64,000 nucleotides of DNA from Fidelibacterota bacterium (GCA_016844945.1 JAERTJ010000111.1:16387-80386); one strand, 5' to 3'; counted from the stretch's first letter, positions 33,654-44,477 are shown. The notes: generated by a model not told the origin, from the letters alone. Made by a program: numbers and translations.

Positions 33654-36600
33654 ATGATGAAGGAAGTATCTAGCAAAGTAGATTTTATCGCCCTGGAACA
33701 CGACATGCTCAAATTCTGGGAAGATGAAGATATTTTCAATAAACTTAGAGCTCAGAATGCTGGAAAGCCTCGCTGGTCTTTTCTCGATGGACCCATTACC
33801 GCCAATAACCCCATGGGCGTCCACCACGCCTGGGGACGCACCTACAAAGATCTTTACCAGCGTTACCATGCCATGTTGGGTATGGAATTACGCTATCAAA
33901 ATGGCTTCGATTGTCAGGGTTTGTGGGTTGAGGTTGAAGTCGAAAAAGAACTCGGTTTTAAATCAAAGACTGATATTGAACAATACGGTATTGAAGCATT
34001 TGTAAATAAATGTAAAGATCGAGTTCGGAAATTCTCTGCTGTTCAAACCGAACAATCAAAACGCATGGGCTACTGGATGGATTGGGATAACTCCTATTTT
34101 ACCATGTCCGATGAAAACAATTATACAATCTGGAGTTTCCTGAAAAAGGTCTTCGATCGTGGCTTTATCTATAAGGGCTATGATGTCATGCCCTGGTGTA
34201 CCCGTTGTGGATCAGCCCTTTCGGAACATGAAATTGCTACTGAAGGCTACAAGGAGCTCACACATACATCAATCTACCTGAAGTTTCCTCTAAAAGATCG
34301 GCAGGGTGAATCCCTTCTGGTATGGACCACCACACCATGGACACTGTCTTCAAATATTATGGCTGCTGTCCATCCTGATTTAGACTATGTAAAAGTTAAA
34401 CAAGGCGATGATATCTACTACCTGGTTCAAGGACGTCTCTCCATTTTGCAGGGTGACTATGAAATCCTTGAAACCATCAAAGGTAAGGATATGCATGGGT
34501 GGGAATATCATGGTCCCTACGATGAATTACCTGTTCAGAAAGACATTCACCATTCGATAATTTTCTGGGATGAGATCTCTGAAGGGGATGGTACTGGCAT
34601 CGTTCACATTGCGCCTGGTTGTGGTAAAGAAGATAATGCCCTCGCAAAAGAAATTGGATTTCAGGTCATCAAACCCATCGATGAATTTGGAGCTTATCTG
34701 GAAGGCTTTGGCTCCTGGACCGGTCGTAATGTTATGGAAATCGGTGATGAGATTATCGATGATCTGTCACAAAAAGGTCTACGCTATAAACGCGAACCCA
34801 TTACCCACCGTTATCCCTGTTGCTGGAGACATGGTACTGAACTGGTTTTTAGACCTGTTGATGAATGGTTCATCAAAATGGATGAATTAAGAACCGAGAT
34901 AGCCGAAGTCACCAAACAGGTTGAATGGATCCCATCGTACGGGAAAGAACGCGAGCTTGACTGGCTCAAGAATATGAACGATTGGATGATTTCTAAAAAA
35001 CGCTATTGGGGACTAGCGCTACCTATCTGGACTTTTGAAGACGGTTCCTTTTTTGTCGTTGGATCAGAAACAGAATTAAAAGAACTGGCTGTTGAAGGTT
35101 GGGAAGAGTTTGAGGGGAAAAGTCCTCATAAACCATGGATAGACAAAGTTAAAATCAAGCACCCAGATACAGGTCTTATTGGGACACGTGTACCGGATGT
35201 GGGTAACCCCTGGCTTGATGCTGGAATCGTACCCTATTCAACCATGGACTATCGCAAAGATCCTGACTATTGGGAAAAATGGTTCCCTGCTGATTTCATC
35301 GTTGAATCGCTTCCTGGACAATTCCGGAACTGGTTCTACGCTATTCTAGCCATGAGTACTGTCATGGAAAATAGGCCTCCCATTAAAACCATCATGGGTC
35401 ATGCCCTCGTGAAGGATGAGCATGGGGATGATATGCACAAATCAGCTGGTAACGCCATCTGGTTTGAGGATGCTGCTGAAAAAATGGGTGTTGATGTCAT
35501 GCGCTGGATGTATGCATCGCAGGTCCCAGTCAATAATTTAAACTTTGGTTATGGTGCTGCAGACGAGGTAAGGAGAAAGCTTCTGACCTTCTGGAATACT
35601 TACTCCTTTTTTGTGACTTACGCCCGCTTGGACAAGTTTGATCCTATGTCCACACTGGATGAGTCAACCCTGACTGAGTTGGATCGCTGGATTCTGGCTC
35701 GAATGAATCAGTTAATCGGTCAGTCACGTCGGGATTATGACACCTATCAGGCTGATAAACTCATGCACAAAATCAATCGTTTTGTAGACGAGTTGTCCAA
35801 CTGGTATGTCCGCCGATCTCGCCGTCGTTTCTGGAAGAGTGAGAATGATACAGATAAATGGGCTGCCTATCACACCTTGTATCAAGCGTTGGTTACTCTG
35901 GCAAAACTACTCGCACCGATCTCTCCATTTTTTACCGAAGCCATGTATCAAAATCTTGTTGTGGCAACCAACCCGGATGCACCTCAGAGTATCCATCTCT
36001 CAAGTTTCCCTGAAGTTGATGAACGTTGGTTAGATGAAGACCTCTCGCGTCGTGTTGATGTGGTTATCAAAACTGTTGAGCTGGGTCGTGCTGCACGAAA
36101 TAAAGCAAATCTGAAAGTACGCCAACCACTGGCTAGCATCTCTGTCTTCTTTCCTGGTGAAAAAGATAGATCGTATGCGGTGGACTTGAAGGACCAGATT
36201 CTTGATGAATTGAATATCAAGGAATTGACTGTTGTGGAAACAGCAGATGATCTGGTTCAATATGATATCAAGCCAAACCTGGGCTTGTTAGGTCCCAAAT
36301 ATGGTAAAGACATGGGAACGATACGCAATCTTATCCTGCAGGCTGATCCTCAGCAGTTACTCAAGCAATCCAAGTCTGGTGAAGCAATTTCTCTGAGTGA
36401 TGAACAAAATTCTTTTGAATTACTTGCTGAAGAACTTCTGGTGTCAACCATTGAACCTGAGGGCAAGGCAGTTGTGGAAGAAGCCGGTGTCGTTGTAGCT
36501 GTAGAAACAGAATTATCTGATGCCCTCATTAGTGAGGGGATTGCTCGCGACTTCATTCGTAACGTTCAAAATATGCGGAAAGATGCTGAGTTTGATGTCT

Positions 36601-36785
36601 CCGACAGGATCAGAATATTTATAGATGCAGATGTAAGTCTGACTACAATCATTAAAGAACATCAAGAATATATCGCTAACGAAACTTTGGCTGAAGAAAT
36701 TGAGTATAAAGCCGGGCCTGGGAACTTTCAGGCTGAGTTCAAAATCGCCAAAGGGTTATTTAAAGTAGGAATTGAACGCCATTAA
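33654..36785 (+). CDS. ileS: Isoleucine--tRNA ligase
   Basis: About 1043 aa. Has a class I HIGH-type region (PMGVHHAWGRT), a CP1 editing domain, a KMSKS-type loop (DMHKSAGN) and a long C-terminal extension. The ATG at 33654 (MMKEVSSKVDF...) is preferred to the TTG at 33618; AGGAAA lies about 10 nt upstream. Confidence 0.95.
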   Translation: MMKEVSSKVDFIALEHDMLKFWEDEDIFNKLRAQNAGKPRWSFLDGPITANNPMGVHHAWGRTYKDLYQRYHAMLGMELRYQNGFDCQGLWVEVEVEKELGFKSKTDIEQYGIEAFVNKCKDRVRKFSAVQTEQSKRMGYWMDWDNSYFTMSDENNYTIWSFLKKVFDRGFIYKGYDVMPWCTRCGSALSEHEIATEGYKELTHTSIYLKFPLKDRQGESLLVWTTTPWTLSSNIMAAVHPDLDYVKVKQGDDIYYLVQGRLSILQGDYEILETIKGKDMHGWEYHGPYDELPVQKDIHHSIIFWDEISEGDGTGIVHIAPGCGKEDNALAKEIGFQVIKPIDEFGAYLEGFGSWTGRNVMEIGDEIIDDLSQKGLRYKREPITHRYPCCWRHGTELVFRPVDEWFIKMDELRTEIAEVTKQVEWIPSYGKERELDWLKNMNDWMISKKRYWGLALPIWTFEDGSFFVVGSETELKELAVEGWEEFEGKSPHKPWIDKVKIKHPDTGLIGTRVPDVGNPWLDAGIVPYSTMDYRKDPDYWEKWFPADFIVESLPGQFRNWFYAILAMSTVMENRPPIKTIMGHALVKDEHGDDMHKSAGNAIWFEDAAEKMGVDVMRWMYASQVPVNNLNFGYGAADEVRRKLLTFWNTYSFFVTYARLDKFDPMSTLDESTLTELDRWILARMNQLIGQSRRDYDTYQADKLMHKINRFVDELSNWYVRRSRRRFWKSENDTDKWAAYHTLYQALVTLAKLLAPISPFFTEAMYQNLVVATNPDAPQSIHLSSFPEVDERWLDEDLSRRVDVVIKTVELGRAARNKANLKVRQPLASISVFFPGEKDRSYAVDLKDQILDELNIKELTVVETADDLVQYDIKPNLGLLGPKYGKDMGTIRNLILQADPQQLLKQSKSGEAISLSDEQNSFELLAEELLVSTIEPEGKAVVEEAGVVVAVETELSDALISEGIARDFIRNVQNMRKDAEFDVSDRIRIFIDADVSLTTIIKEHQEYIANETLAEEIEYKAGPGNFQAEFKIAKGLFKVGIERH

Positions 36786-36789
36786 AAAA

Positions 36790-37311
36790 ATGTTGAAATA
36801 TCTGAGCATTACTGCTGTTCTGGTCATCCTTGATCACGCAACAAAGTATTGGGCTATTGTCTCACTGAAGGGCAAACCATATTGGCCGGCTGATGGAAGC
36901 CTTTTTCGTCTGGATTACGCAGAAAATTATAATATGATTTTCAGTATGTCGTTCATCCCAATGCCCCTTGTTAATACATTGGCTATCATAGCCATGGGTC
37001 TGCTGTTTTATCTCCTTTATCAGTACAAAGATCAACATCCACTCCCAAGTATTGGTCTTGCCTTCATTTTAGGTGGGGCTTTTGGCAATATACCCGAACG
37101 CTTGATTCGGGGGTATGTGGTAGACTTTATTAGCTTTGACTGGCCAGACTGGCTGTTTTTTACACGTTGGCCAACTTTTAATGTAGCTGACAGTGCCGTT
37201 AACGTTGGGATGATATTATACCTGGGATATGTCTTTTTTATTGAAGGAAAAAGAGACCAGGTCATCGCAGAAACCAGTGATTCTGGCGATGGAGAATCTG
37301 CAGTTCTCTAA
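36790..37311 (+). CDS. lspA: Lipoprotein signal peptidase (signal peptidase II)
   Basis: Has the LDxxTK motif (ILDHATKYW), FNVADS and 4 TM segments. The ATG at 36790 lies just after the ileS stop. The ORF-track TTG at 36772 would overlap ileS by 14 nt. Confidence 0.9.
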   Translation: MLKYLSITAVLVILDHATKYWAIVSLKGKPYWPADGSLFRLDYAENYNMIFSMSFIPMPLVNTLAIIAMGLLFYLLYQYKDQHPLPSIGLAFILGGAFGNIPERLIRGYVVDFISFDWPDWLFFTRWPTFNVADSAVNVGMILYLGYVFFIEGKRDQVIAETSDSGDGESAVL

Positions 37312-37569
37312 GTTTTAGCTTCCCACAAGTTTTCGTTCAATAATCTTTCTATTCGGATACCTGATCACTATATTTGAATCAGGCAAATCTAAGTGCAATT
37401 ATATTGAATAAATCCACTTTCATAATATCCAATCATTTCTACATATAGTTAGGAACGCATAAAGCTGATTACGCAAGCTGCCAACCATAGTTCAACAATT
37501 GAGACTTTTGAGGTCACCATTGATCCTCAACAGAGACCAATTCGTATTGATAAATTCTTATCAACCAGG

Positions 37570-38469
37570 TTGCCAACTCAAATCACACGCAATCAGGTTC
37601 AGAAATTACTAAAATCAGGTAAGATTAGAGCAGATAATAAGCCGGTAAAGCCCAGCCATCTGGTTGAACCGGGTGAACACATTATTGTTGAATATGAACT
37701 TCCATATTCACCGACGCTTTATGCTGAGAACATCGCTTTGGATATCGTCTATGAAGATGACTACATGATTGTGGTTAATAAACCAGCAGGTCTCATCGTT
37801 CATCCAGGTGCTGGAAATGCTACGGGCACCCTGGTCAATGCCCTGATATATCATTGCGAACACTTGTCCAATGATAATGGTCTGCTCCGTCCTGGCATTG
37901 TGCATCGACTGGATAAAGATACCTCAGGGCTACTCATATCTGCCAAGGATAACAGTATCCACGGGAACTTGAGATCTCAGTTTTCCAAGCGTACCATTGA
38001 GAAATATTATTATGCTCTGGTATGGGGAACATTTGATGAAGATAGAGGGGATATTGATGCCCCCATTGGCCGCCACCCCAAGAATAGAAAAAAATTCACA
38101 GTGATTGACTCAGGGCGTCCCTCTCTAACACGTTATGAAGTGTTGGAAAGATTTGAGTTTTGCACCCTGGTACGCGTGAAACTCGAGACCGGTCGTACTC
38201 ATCAAATCAGGGTACATATGACACATGTGAACCACCCGGTATTTGGTGATCCCTATTATGGGGGTCGTAATTCTAAAATTATCACCCTCAATATGAGAAA
38301 CAGGCAGCTTGCTGCGAAACTATTGGGGTTGATGAATCGACAAGCACTGCATGCTCGACGTCTTATCCTCAAGCACCCCATCACAAATGAAGTCATGGAT
38401 TTGAGGGCACCCATTCATGAGGACTATGAGCAAGTGTTGGCCATTCTCAGGGAAGAAAGTCAGGGATAA
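37570..38469 (+). CDS. rluD: 23S rRNA pseudouridine synthase, RluD/RluA family; true start probably upstream at 37459-37468 (non-canonical codon)
   Basis: Has the catalytic HRLDKDTSGLL motif and a C-terminal HQIRVH. The S4 domain opening (RIDKFLSTR) is encoded in frame upstream of the first TTG at 37570. An in-frame stop lies at 37450-37452. Confidence 0.88.
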   Translation: MPTQITRNQVQKLLKSGKIRADNKPVKPSHLVEPGEHIIVEYELPYSPTLYAENIALDIVYEDDYMIVVNKPAGLIVHPGAGNATGTLVNALIYHCEHLSNDNGLLRPGIVHRLDKDTSGLLISAKDNSIHGNLRSQFSKRTIEKYYYALVWGTFDEDRGDIDAPIGRHPKNRKKFTVIDSGRPSLTRYEVLERFEFCTLVRVKLETGRTHQIRVHMTHVNHPVFGDPYYGGRNSKIITLNMRNRQLAAKLLGLMNRQALHARRLILKHPITNEVMDLRAPIHEDYEQVLAILREESQG

Positions 38470-39392
38470 TGGCCGAAGTCTTGAATCAGCATATTGATGA
38501 TTTCCTGACCTGGCTTGAAGTTGAAAAGCGATACTCGCCCGAAACCTTGCGCGGGTATGGCATAGATTTAAATCAGTTTACTCAGTTTCTTGAAGACTAT
38601 GATGTTGAATGCCTGGCTCAACCAGATCAAATCAACAGAGGGGTGATTCGGAGCTTTTTAGGTCACCTCTCGGGTGATTTGGATCAACAACCACGCTCGG
38701 TGGCCAGAAAACTAGCCGCCCTGAAATCATTATTTAAGTATATGCATCGCGAGGGACATGTGACCCTGAACATTGCGGCTTATGTCCATACGCCCAAACT
38801 TCCAGGAGTTATTCCAAGCTATCTTTCCGAGAGCCAGATTGTGGCAGTTCTGGACAAACTGAATGCCTCTGATAGTTGGATGGGGAAGCGGGATCTCGCT
38901 ATCGTAGAATTGTTTTATTCCACAGGTATGCGAATTTCAGAGCTTGCAGGATTGTCCACCAGTGATCTGAATCGGAGAAAAAGTACAGTGACAGTGCTAG
39001 GTAAAGGTTCCAAACAACGGGTCATCCCTGTGGGACAATATGCCTGGGAAGCCATTGATGAATATCAGTATGCAACAAAACATAAGTTTGGACCCCAGGA
39101 TACCCATGCGCCACTCTTTCTGGGCAAAAATGGAACTGCACTGGGCACAAATGGGATTCGTCAACGTGTTAAGAAAGCCATCAGAACGATTGCTGAACTT
39201 AAAAAGATGAGTCCCCATATCTTGCGTCATACCTTTGCAACCCATCTGTTGAACGCTGGGGCAGATTTAATGGCTCTCAAAGATCTATTGGGACACGCGA
39301 ACCTTTCAACGACCCAAGTCTATACTCATGTACAAGTTGACAAGATGAAACAAGCATTTAAAAACGCCCATCCCAGGGCAGATAAAAGATAA
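38469..39392 (+). CDS. xerC: Tyrosine recombinase XerC/XerD family (chromosome dimer resolution type)
   Basis: 307 aa. N-terminal SAM-like core-binding domain. Catalytic residues in context: R (GMRISEL), HILRHTFATHLL, LGHANLSTTQVYTHV. Confidence 0.85.
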   Translation: MAEVLNQHIDDFLTWLEVEKRYSPETLRGYGIDLNQFTQFLEDYDVECLAQPDQINRGVIRSFLGHLSGDLDQQPRSVARKLAALKSLFKYMHREGHVTLNIAAYVHTPKLPGVIPSYLSESQIVAVLDKLNASDSWMGKRDLAIVELFYSTGMRISELAGLSTSDLNRRKSTVTVLGKGSKQRVIPVGQYAWEAIDEYQYATKHKFGPQDTHAPLFLGKNGTALGTNGIRQRVKKAIRTIAELKKMSPHILRHTFATHLLNAGADLMALKDLLGHANLSTTQVYTHVQVDKMKQAFKNAHPRADKR

Positions 39393-39427
39393 TATGTTAG
39401 CTAAACACCATAAAACCGGAGGAGCCT

Positions 39428-39760
39428 ATGAAGGTAAACATCGTCGCTCGGCATTTTGACATTTCTGAGAAAACTCGGGGATATATTCAGGATGAAGTAG
39501 ATCATCGTCTAGAACCCGTTTATGATCGAATTGTTAGTTGCAAGATGATCGTTGATAAGGTAAAAAGTGATTATATTGCCGAGGTGATTTTGAATGTACC
39601 AGGTGAAACGTTGACAGCGAGGGAGACGTCTGAGGACCTTACAAAATCTGTAGACTTTGTGGTGAAAAAGATGCGTAAACAACTTACAAAACATAAAACC
39701 AAGTGGAAACGTCCCATCGATCCCGATAAGCAGTTTATCGAAACCACAACTGAAGAGTAA
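39428..39760 (+). CDS. hpf: Ribosome hibernation promoting factor (HPF/RaiA, short form)
   Basis: 110 aa. Typical beta-alpha-beta-beta-beta-alpha pattern (MKVNIVARHFDISEKTRGYI...). GGAG lies upstream. Confidence 0.85.
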   Translation: MKVNIVARHFDISEKTRGYIQDEVDHRLEPVYDRIVSCKMIVDKVKSDYIAEVILNVPGETLTARETSEDLTKSVDFVVKKMRKQLTKHKTKWKRPIDPDKQFIETTTEE

Positions 39761-39786
39761 AAGTGACAAGAAAGTAAAACTATAAA

Positions 39787-40746
39787 ATGAGACCTGAGGA
39801 AAAAAGACAAGAGATCATTGTCGGTGTAGTCGTATTGATTATCCTGACTATTACAGTCATGGGTATTATGTGGGGAAATAAGGCTGACATCTTTTCCTCC
39901 AGGAGCTATTATACGGTCCGGGTCGCTCGAGCAAGTGGACTTGAAGAGGGCGATCCGGTCACCGTTTCTGGTGTACCTAAAGGTGTTGTAGATGATTTTA
40001 TCGTACGGAAAGATTCGGTTGATATCATTATCGGTGTTGACAAGGATATCATGCTTTATAGTGATGCCTTTGCAATTATTTCAAATCAAGAACTTCTGGG
40101 ATCCAAAAAGGTAGAAGTGAACCCTGGTAATTCAGGACGGAGACTTGGAGATCGCGCTCTTTTCAGGGGTGCCTTTGCCGGTGGTCTTGAAGATATTTTT
40201 GAGACAACGGGTGCAATCTCTACAGACTTTCAAACATTGCTGGGTAATTTCAACAAAACCGTGCTCCTGCTGAATAAAGCTATGGAGGAGGATGTTCAAG
40301 CCAGTCTCCACACCATTCACAACACATCAAAATTAATTGATTCGCTTATGGTGGCAGATATTCAACCCGGTCTTTTCGCCATGAAAAGTGCACTTCAAAA
40401 AGCTGAACATATGGTTGATACCAAACGTGAGGATATCGATACCATTGTCACCAACCTGAAAACTGTATCCAATACACTGAATACAGTAGTCGATGACAAC
40501 AAAGATAAACTTAGTCGGTCACTGGCCAGTTTGGACAAGATTAGTACCGACTTGAGTCGACTGAGTGTCAGACTGAAAGATCCAACAACCAGTCTTGGGA
40601 GAATGACTACGTCTGATTCGCTCTATGTAAAACTGGATAGTATTTCTTATAACATTAACGAGATCGTCAAAGAAATAAAGGCTGATCCCAAAAAATATCT
40701 TGAACATATCAAGGTGAACGTTGACATGTTTGGTGGGGGTAAATAA
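39787..40746 (+). CDS. MlaD/MCE-domain protein with long helical C-terminal extension
   Basis: 319 aa. N-terminal TM anchor, an MCE core (YYTVRVARASGLEEGDPVTVSGVPKGVV) and a helical tail. Confidence 0.75.
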   Translation: MRPEEKRQEIIVGVVVLIILTITVMGIMWGNKADIFSSRSYYTVRVARASGLEEGDPVTVSGVPKGVVDDFIVRKDSVDIIIGVDKDIMLYSDAFAIISNQELLGSKKVEVNPGNSGRRLGDRALFRGAFAGGLEDIFETTGAISTDFQTLLGNFNKTVLLLNKAMEEDVQASLHTIHNTSKLIDSLMVADIQPGLFAMKSALQKAEHMVDTKREDIDTIVTNLKTVSNTLNTVVDDNKDKLSRSLASLDKISTDLSRLSVRLKDPTTSLGRMTTSDSLYVKLDSISYNINEIVKEIKADPKKYLEHIKVNVDMFGGGK

Positions 40747-40749
40747 TAC

Positions 40750-41727
40750 ATGAGAGCTGTTATTCCAGCGGCGGGAATCGGTAAACGACTTCGCCCACAC
40801 ACCTTGAATGTTCCCAAGGTGATGATTAATCTGGCAGGGAAAAGACTTATCGGTCACGTTTTAGATGCAGTAGAACAAGCAGGTGTCACCTCAGTCTCAA
40901 TAATCATTGGCTATAAGGGCGAGCAAGTCGAGGAGTATGTAAACCGATATTATTCTCACCTGCGCTTAGACTATCCGTTCCAATCAGAAAGAAAAGGGCT
41001 GGGACATGCTGTGCTCCAGGGACTTGAGGACAAGGATGAAGATGTCCTGATCTTATTAGGGGATACTGTATTTGATGTTGATTTCAAACGCTTTGTAAAT
41101 CAGGATGAAAATGCCATAGCCGTCGTAAAGGTGGAAGACCCACGACGGTTTGGAGTAGCAGAAATCGACCCTCAAGGCAAAATCGAGAGACTGGTGGAAA
41201 AGCCAGAAAAACCAAAATCAGATCTTGCCCTGGCCGGGATGTATTACATTAAAGATCAGCGGGTGTTAAAAGCAGCCATAGAAAAATTAATTTCCGACGA
41301 TATTAAGACACGTGGAGAGTATCAACTCACAGATGCCCTGCAGATGATGATTGAAAACGGAGATGGAATCAAGGCTGTCGAGATAAATGGTTGGTATGAT
41401 TGTGGAACCAAAGAATCACTCCTTGATTCTCATCGGTTTTTACTCAAACATAACTTGTCGACTGAGCACAAAAAGGGGAGTATCATTCATCCCCCCGTAT
41501 TTATACATGCAGATGCCAAAGTTGAGAGTTCGGTAATCGGACCTAACGTCACCATTGACAGGGGGGCAGAAGTAAGTGGTACCATATTAACTGAGACCAT
41601 TGTTGGCAAGGGATCTGTGATCAAGAATATGATCCTGAGTCATTCATTGGTTGGTGATCATGCCCTGGCAGAAAATCATGCACTAACAGTAAATGTGGGT
41701 GATTACTCAGAATTAAAATTGAATTGA
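40750..41727 (+). CDS. Sugar-1-phosphate nucleotidyltransferase with C-terminal left-handed beta-helix
   Basis: 325 aa. Has the AAGIGKRLRPHT motif, GLGHAV and LGDT. The C-terminal hexapeptide-like repeats (VIGPNVTIDRGAEVSGTIL...) are visible. Confidence 0.8.
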   Translation: MRAVIPAAGIGKRLRPHTLNVPKVMINLAGKRLIGHVLDAVEQAGVTSVSIIIGYKGEQVEEYVNRYYSHLRLDYPFQSERKGLGHAVLQGLEDKDEDVLILLGDTVFDVDFKRFVNQDENAIAVVKVEDPRRFGVAEIDPQGKIERLVEKPEKPKSDLALAGMYYIKDQRVLKAAIEKLISDDIKTRGEYQLTDALQMMIENGDGIKAVEINGWYDCGTKESLLDSHRFLLKHNLSTEHKKGSIIHPPVFIHADAKVESSVIGPNVTIDRGAEVSGTILTETIVGKGSVIKNMILSHSLVGDHALAENHALTVNVGDYSELKLN

Positions 41728-41788
41728 TTCAAAGACTGTCATAAGCCATAATAAGGGCTGTTGACAATTTGTAAAAGTGGAGAAAAAA

Positions 41789-42946
41789 ATGTCATATTTG
41801 TTTTCATCAGAATCGGTAACTGAAGGTCACCCGGATAAGATTGCAGATCAGATCTCGGATGCCATTCTTGATGCTATTTTAGATAAAGATCCTCAGGGTC
41901 GCGTTGCCTGCGAGACCTTTGTAACAACTGGTTTAGTCATGGTTGGAGGAGAGATCACCACCTCAGCTTATGTGGATATCCAACGTATTGCACGCGGAAC
42001 CATAAAAAGGATCGGTTACACAGATTCCATGATGGGGTTTGACTATAAAACCTGTGCCGTGTTGGTCTCCATTGATAAACAGTCCTCAGACATCTCACAG
42101 GGCGTTGATGATGATCAGCATGAACAAGGGGCTGGAGATCAGGGGATGATGTTTGGCTATGCCACAGATGAAACTGATGCCCTCATGCCCATGCCCATCC
42201 ATATTGCTCACGAGCTCACCAGACGGTTGGCCGAGGTTCGCAAAGAAGGTATACTTCCCTATCTGAGACCTGATGGTAAATCCCAGGTCACAGTTCAATA
42301 CAACTCAGAGACTCACGAACCTGAAGCCATCACAGCTGTTGTGATTTCAAATCAACATGAAGATGGTGTTGACGTGAAGGAAGAGATGTACAAGGACATC
42401 CTTGAGCATGTGATCAAGCCTGTTTTACCGGCTCATATGGTGAACTATAAAACCATCAAGGTCTTTGTAAATCCAACGGGTCGATTTGTGGTTGGAGGCC
42501 CACAGGGAGATGCTGGGTTAACAGGTCGTAAGATTATTGTGGATACCTATGGTGGGTATGCCCCTCATGGTGGTGGCGCTTTCTCTGGTAAAGATCCCAG
42601 CAAAGTAGATCGTTCTGCAGCTTATATGTCTCGCTACATCGCCAAGAACATTGTGGCAGCCAAAGTAGCCAGACGTTGTACTATCCAGCTGGCTTACGCT
42701 ATCGGTGTGGCAGAACCCATATCTATCCTGGTAGACTCTCATGGAACTTCAGAACACAGCAATGCAGAGCTGGAAGCCATGGTAAGAGAAGTCTTCCCGC
42801 TAAAACCAGCCGAGATCATTAGCCATCTCAAATTGAAACGTCCACTCTATCAGAAGACAGCTTCCTATGGTCACTTTGGTCGTGATGAGTTCCCCTGGGA
42901 GAAAACAAACCTTGTTTCAGACGTAGAGAAATACTTCAAGAAGTAG
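41789..42946 (+). CDS. metK: S-adenosylmethionine synthase
   Basis: Motifs [23 protein letters not shown] and GGGAFSGKD. The ATG at 41789 has GGAG 6 nt upstream. The ORF-track GTG at 41777 is less likely. Confidence 0.95.
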   Translation: MSYLFSSESVTEGHPDKIADQISDAILDAILDKDPQGRVACETFVTTGLVMVGGEITTSAYVDIQRIARGTIKRIGYTDSMMGFDYKTCAVLVSIDKQSSDISQGVDDDQHEQGAGDQGMMFGYATDETDALMPMPIHIAHELTRRLAEVRKEGILPYLRPDGKSQVTVQYNSETHEPEAITAVVISNQHEDGVDVKEEMYKDILEHVIKPVLPAHMVNYKTIKVFVNPTGRFVVGGPQGDAGLTGRKIIVDTYGGYAPHGGGAFSGKDPSKVDRSAAYMSRYIAKNIVAAKVARRCTIQLAYAIGVAEPISILVDSHGTSEHSNAELEAMVREVFPLKPAEIISHLKLKRPLYQKTASYGHFGRDEFPWEKTNLVSDVEKYFKK

Positions 42947-42961
42947 AACAATTATGCGTAA

Positions 42962-43031
42962 CCACAAAGACACTAATACACAAAGAGGCACAAAATCTAT
43001 TTGTGAATATAGAACCTTAGTGTCTAAGTGG
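42962..43031 (+). other. Long imperfect hairpin in the metK-ahcY spacer (candidate RNA element)
   Basis: CCACAAAGACACTAA (42962-42976) pairs with TTAGTGTCTAAGTGG (43017-43031) at 13 of 15 positions. An inner hairpin CACAAA (42989-42994) / TTTGTG (43000-43005) is present. No T-run follows, so it does not look like an intrinsic terminator. Confidence 0.35.
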
Positions 43032-43062
43032 TGAAGCGAAATTTTAAGAGACAACAAAATAA

Positions 43063-44361
43063 ATGGATACCCAAATGACAGATTATAAAGTAGCGGATAT
43101 ATCCTTAGCCGCCTACGGCCGAGAGGAAATATTACTGGCGGAAAAAGAAATGCCAGGACTCATGGAACTAAAAGCGCGATACAGTGAGTCCAAACCATTG
43201 GCAGGTGCTCGCATTGCCGGTTGTATTCACATGACCATACAGACAGCTGTGTTGATTGAAACGCTGACTGACCTGGGTGCTGAAGTTCGCTGGTCCAGCT
43301 GTAACATCTATTCAACTCAGGATCATGCTGCAGCGGCTATTGCTGACTCTGGTGTGCCTGTTTTTGCCTGGAAAGGTGAGACTGAAGAAGAATACTGGTG
43401 GTGTATTGATCAGACCCTGGGCTTTGATGGTAAGGGTCCAAATCTTCTACTGGATGATGGAGGTGACCTTACCCAGGTAATCCTTGAGCAGCACCCTGAA
43501 TGGCACAAACAAATTAAGGGTGTATCAGAGGAGACCACCACAGGTGTCCATCGTCTGTATCAGTTGATGGAGGAGGGGGGGTTACCTTTCCCAGCTATCA
43601 ATGTGAATGACTCTGTGACCAAATCTAAGTTTGATAACAAGTATGGCTGTCGTGAGTCTCTGGCTGATGGTATCAAACGCGGCACCGATATCATGCTGGC
43701 AGGTAAAAAGGTCGTAGTAGCCGGATACGGTGATGTAGGTAAGGGCTCAGCCCAATCCATGGCTGGCTATGGAGCCAAAGTTTTTGTGACTGAAATCGAT
43801 CCTATCTGCGCCCTTCAGGCCAGTATGGAAGGCTTTCAAGTCGTAACCATGGAAGAGGCTGCCAAGTTTGGGGATATCTTTGTCACCACCACGGGGTGTA
43901 AAGATGTCATCCGGGGTGAACACATGGAGCAGATGAAGGACAATGCTATTCTGGCTAATATTGGTCACTTCGATCATGAGATTGATGTAGCCTGGTTGGA
44001 GAACAACCCAGGTATCACCGAGACCAATATCAAAGCTCAGGTTGATAAATTCGAATTCCCTGATGGCAAGTCAATCATTCTACTGTCTCGCGGACGCCTG
44101 GTCAATCTTGGCAATGCCACGGGTCATTCATCTTTCGTAATGTCTACTTCATTTACAAACCAAGTCTTAGCACAAATGGCACTTCATGAAGGTTCAGTTG
44201 AAGATGGTGTTCAGGTTCTATCAAAAGAACTTGATGAAGAGGTCGCCCGGCTGCACCTGGCTCATCTTGATGCCAACCTGACAACCCTGACTGAAGATCA
44301 GGCTGAATATCTGGGAGTTCCTCAAAAGGGTCCCTTTAAACCGGAACACTATAGATACTAG
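43063..44361 (+). CDS. ahcY: Adenosylhomocysteinase
   Basis: 432 aa. Has the NAD-binding [15 protein letters not shown] and SFTNQVLAQ motifs typical of SAH hydrolase. Confidence 0.95.
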   Translation: MDTQMTDYKVADISLAAYGREEILLAEKEMPGLMELKARYSESKPLAGARIAGCIHMTIQTAVLIETLTDLGAEVRWSSCNIYSTQDHAAAAIADSGVPVFAWKGETEEEYWWCIDQTLGFDGKGPNLLLDDGGDLTQVILEQHPEWHKQIKGVSEETTTGVHRLYQLMEEGGLPFPAINVNDSVTKSKFDNKYGCRESLADGIKRGTDIMLAGKKVVVAGYGDVGKGSAQSMAGYGAKVFVTEIDPICALQASMEGFQVVTMEEAAKFGDIFVTTTGCKDVIRGEHMEQMKDNAILANIGHFDHEIDVAWLENNPGITETNIKAQVDKFEFPDGKSIILLSRGRLVNLGNATGHSSFVMSTSFTNQVLAQMALHEGSVEDGVQVLSKELDEEVARLHLAHLDANLTTLTEDQAEYLGVPQKGPFKPEHYRY

Positions 44362-44477
44362 GAAAAGGGTAGCAGATAATTCATTCCAAAATTAAAGGAA
44401 GAGTCGCTGGACTGGTTCTGGCTGTAACCTGGGGGCTGCTCGTTCTTCAGTGCGATTTTGGGCTACCTACTAAAGTT

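Noticed and set aside
38469-39392. Tyrosine recombinase as a marker of an integrated mobile element
   Set aside because: It has the XerC/XerD-type length and motifs. It is embedded between rluD (1-nt start/stop overlap) and hpf, and has no flanking repeats, tRNA gene, phage genes or transposase genes. It is most simply the chromosomal dimer-resolution recombinase.
42947-43062. Calling the metK-ahcY spacer a known SAH or SAM riboswitch
   Set aside because: None of the conserved cores of the SAH, SAM-I/II/III or SAM-SAH classes could be recognised by eye. It is kept only as an unclassified hairpin finding.
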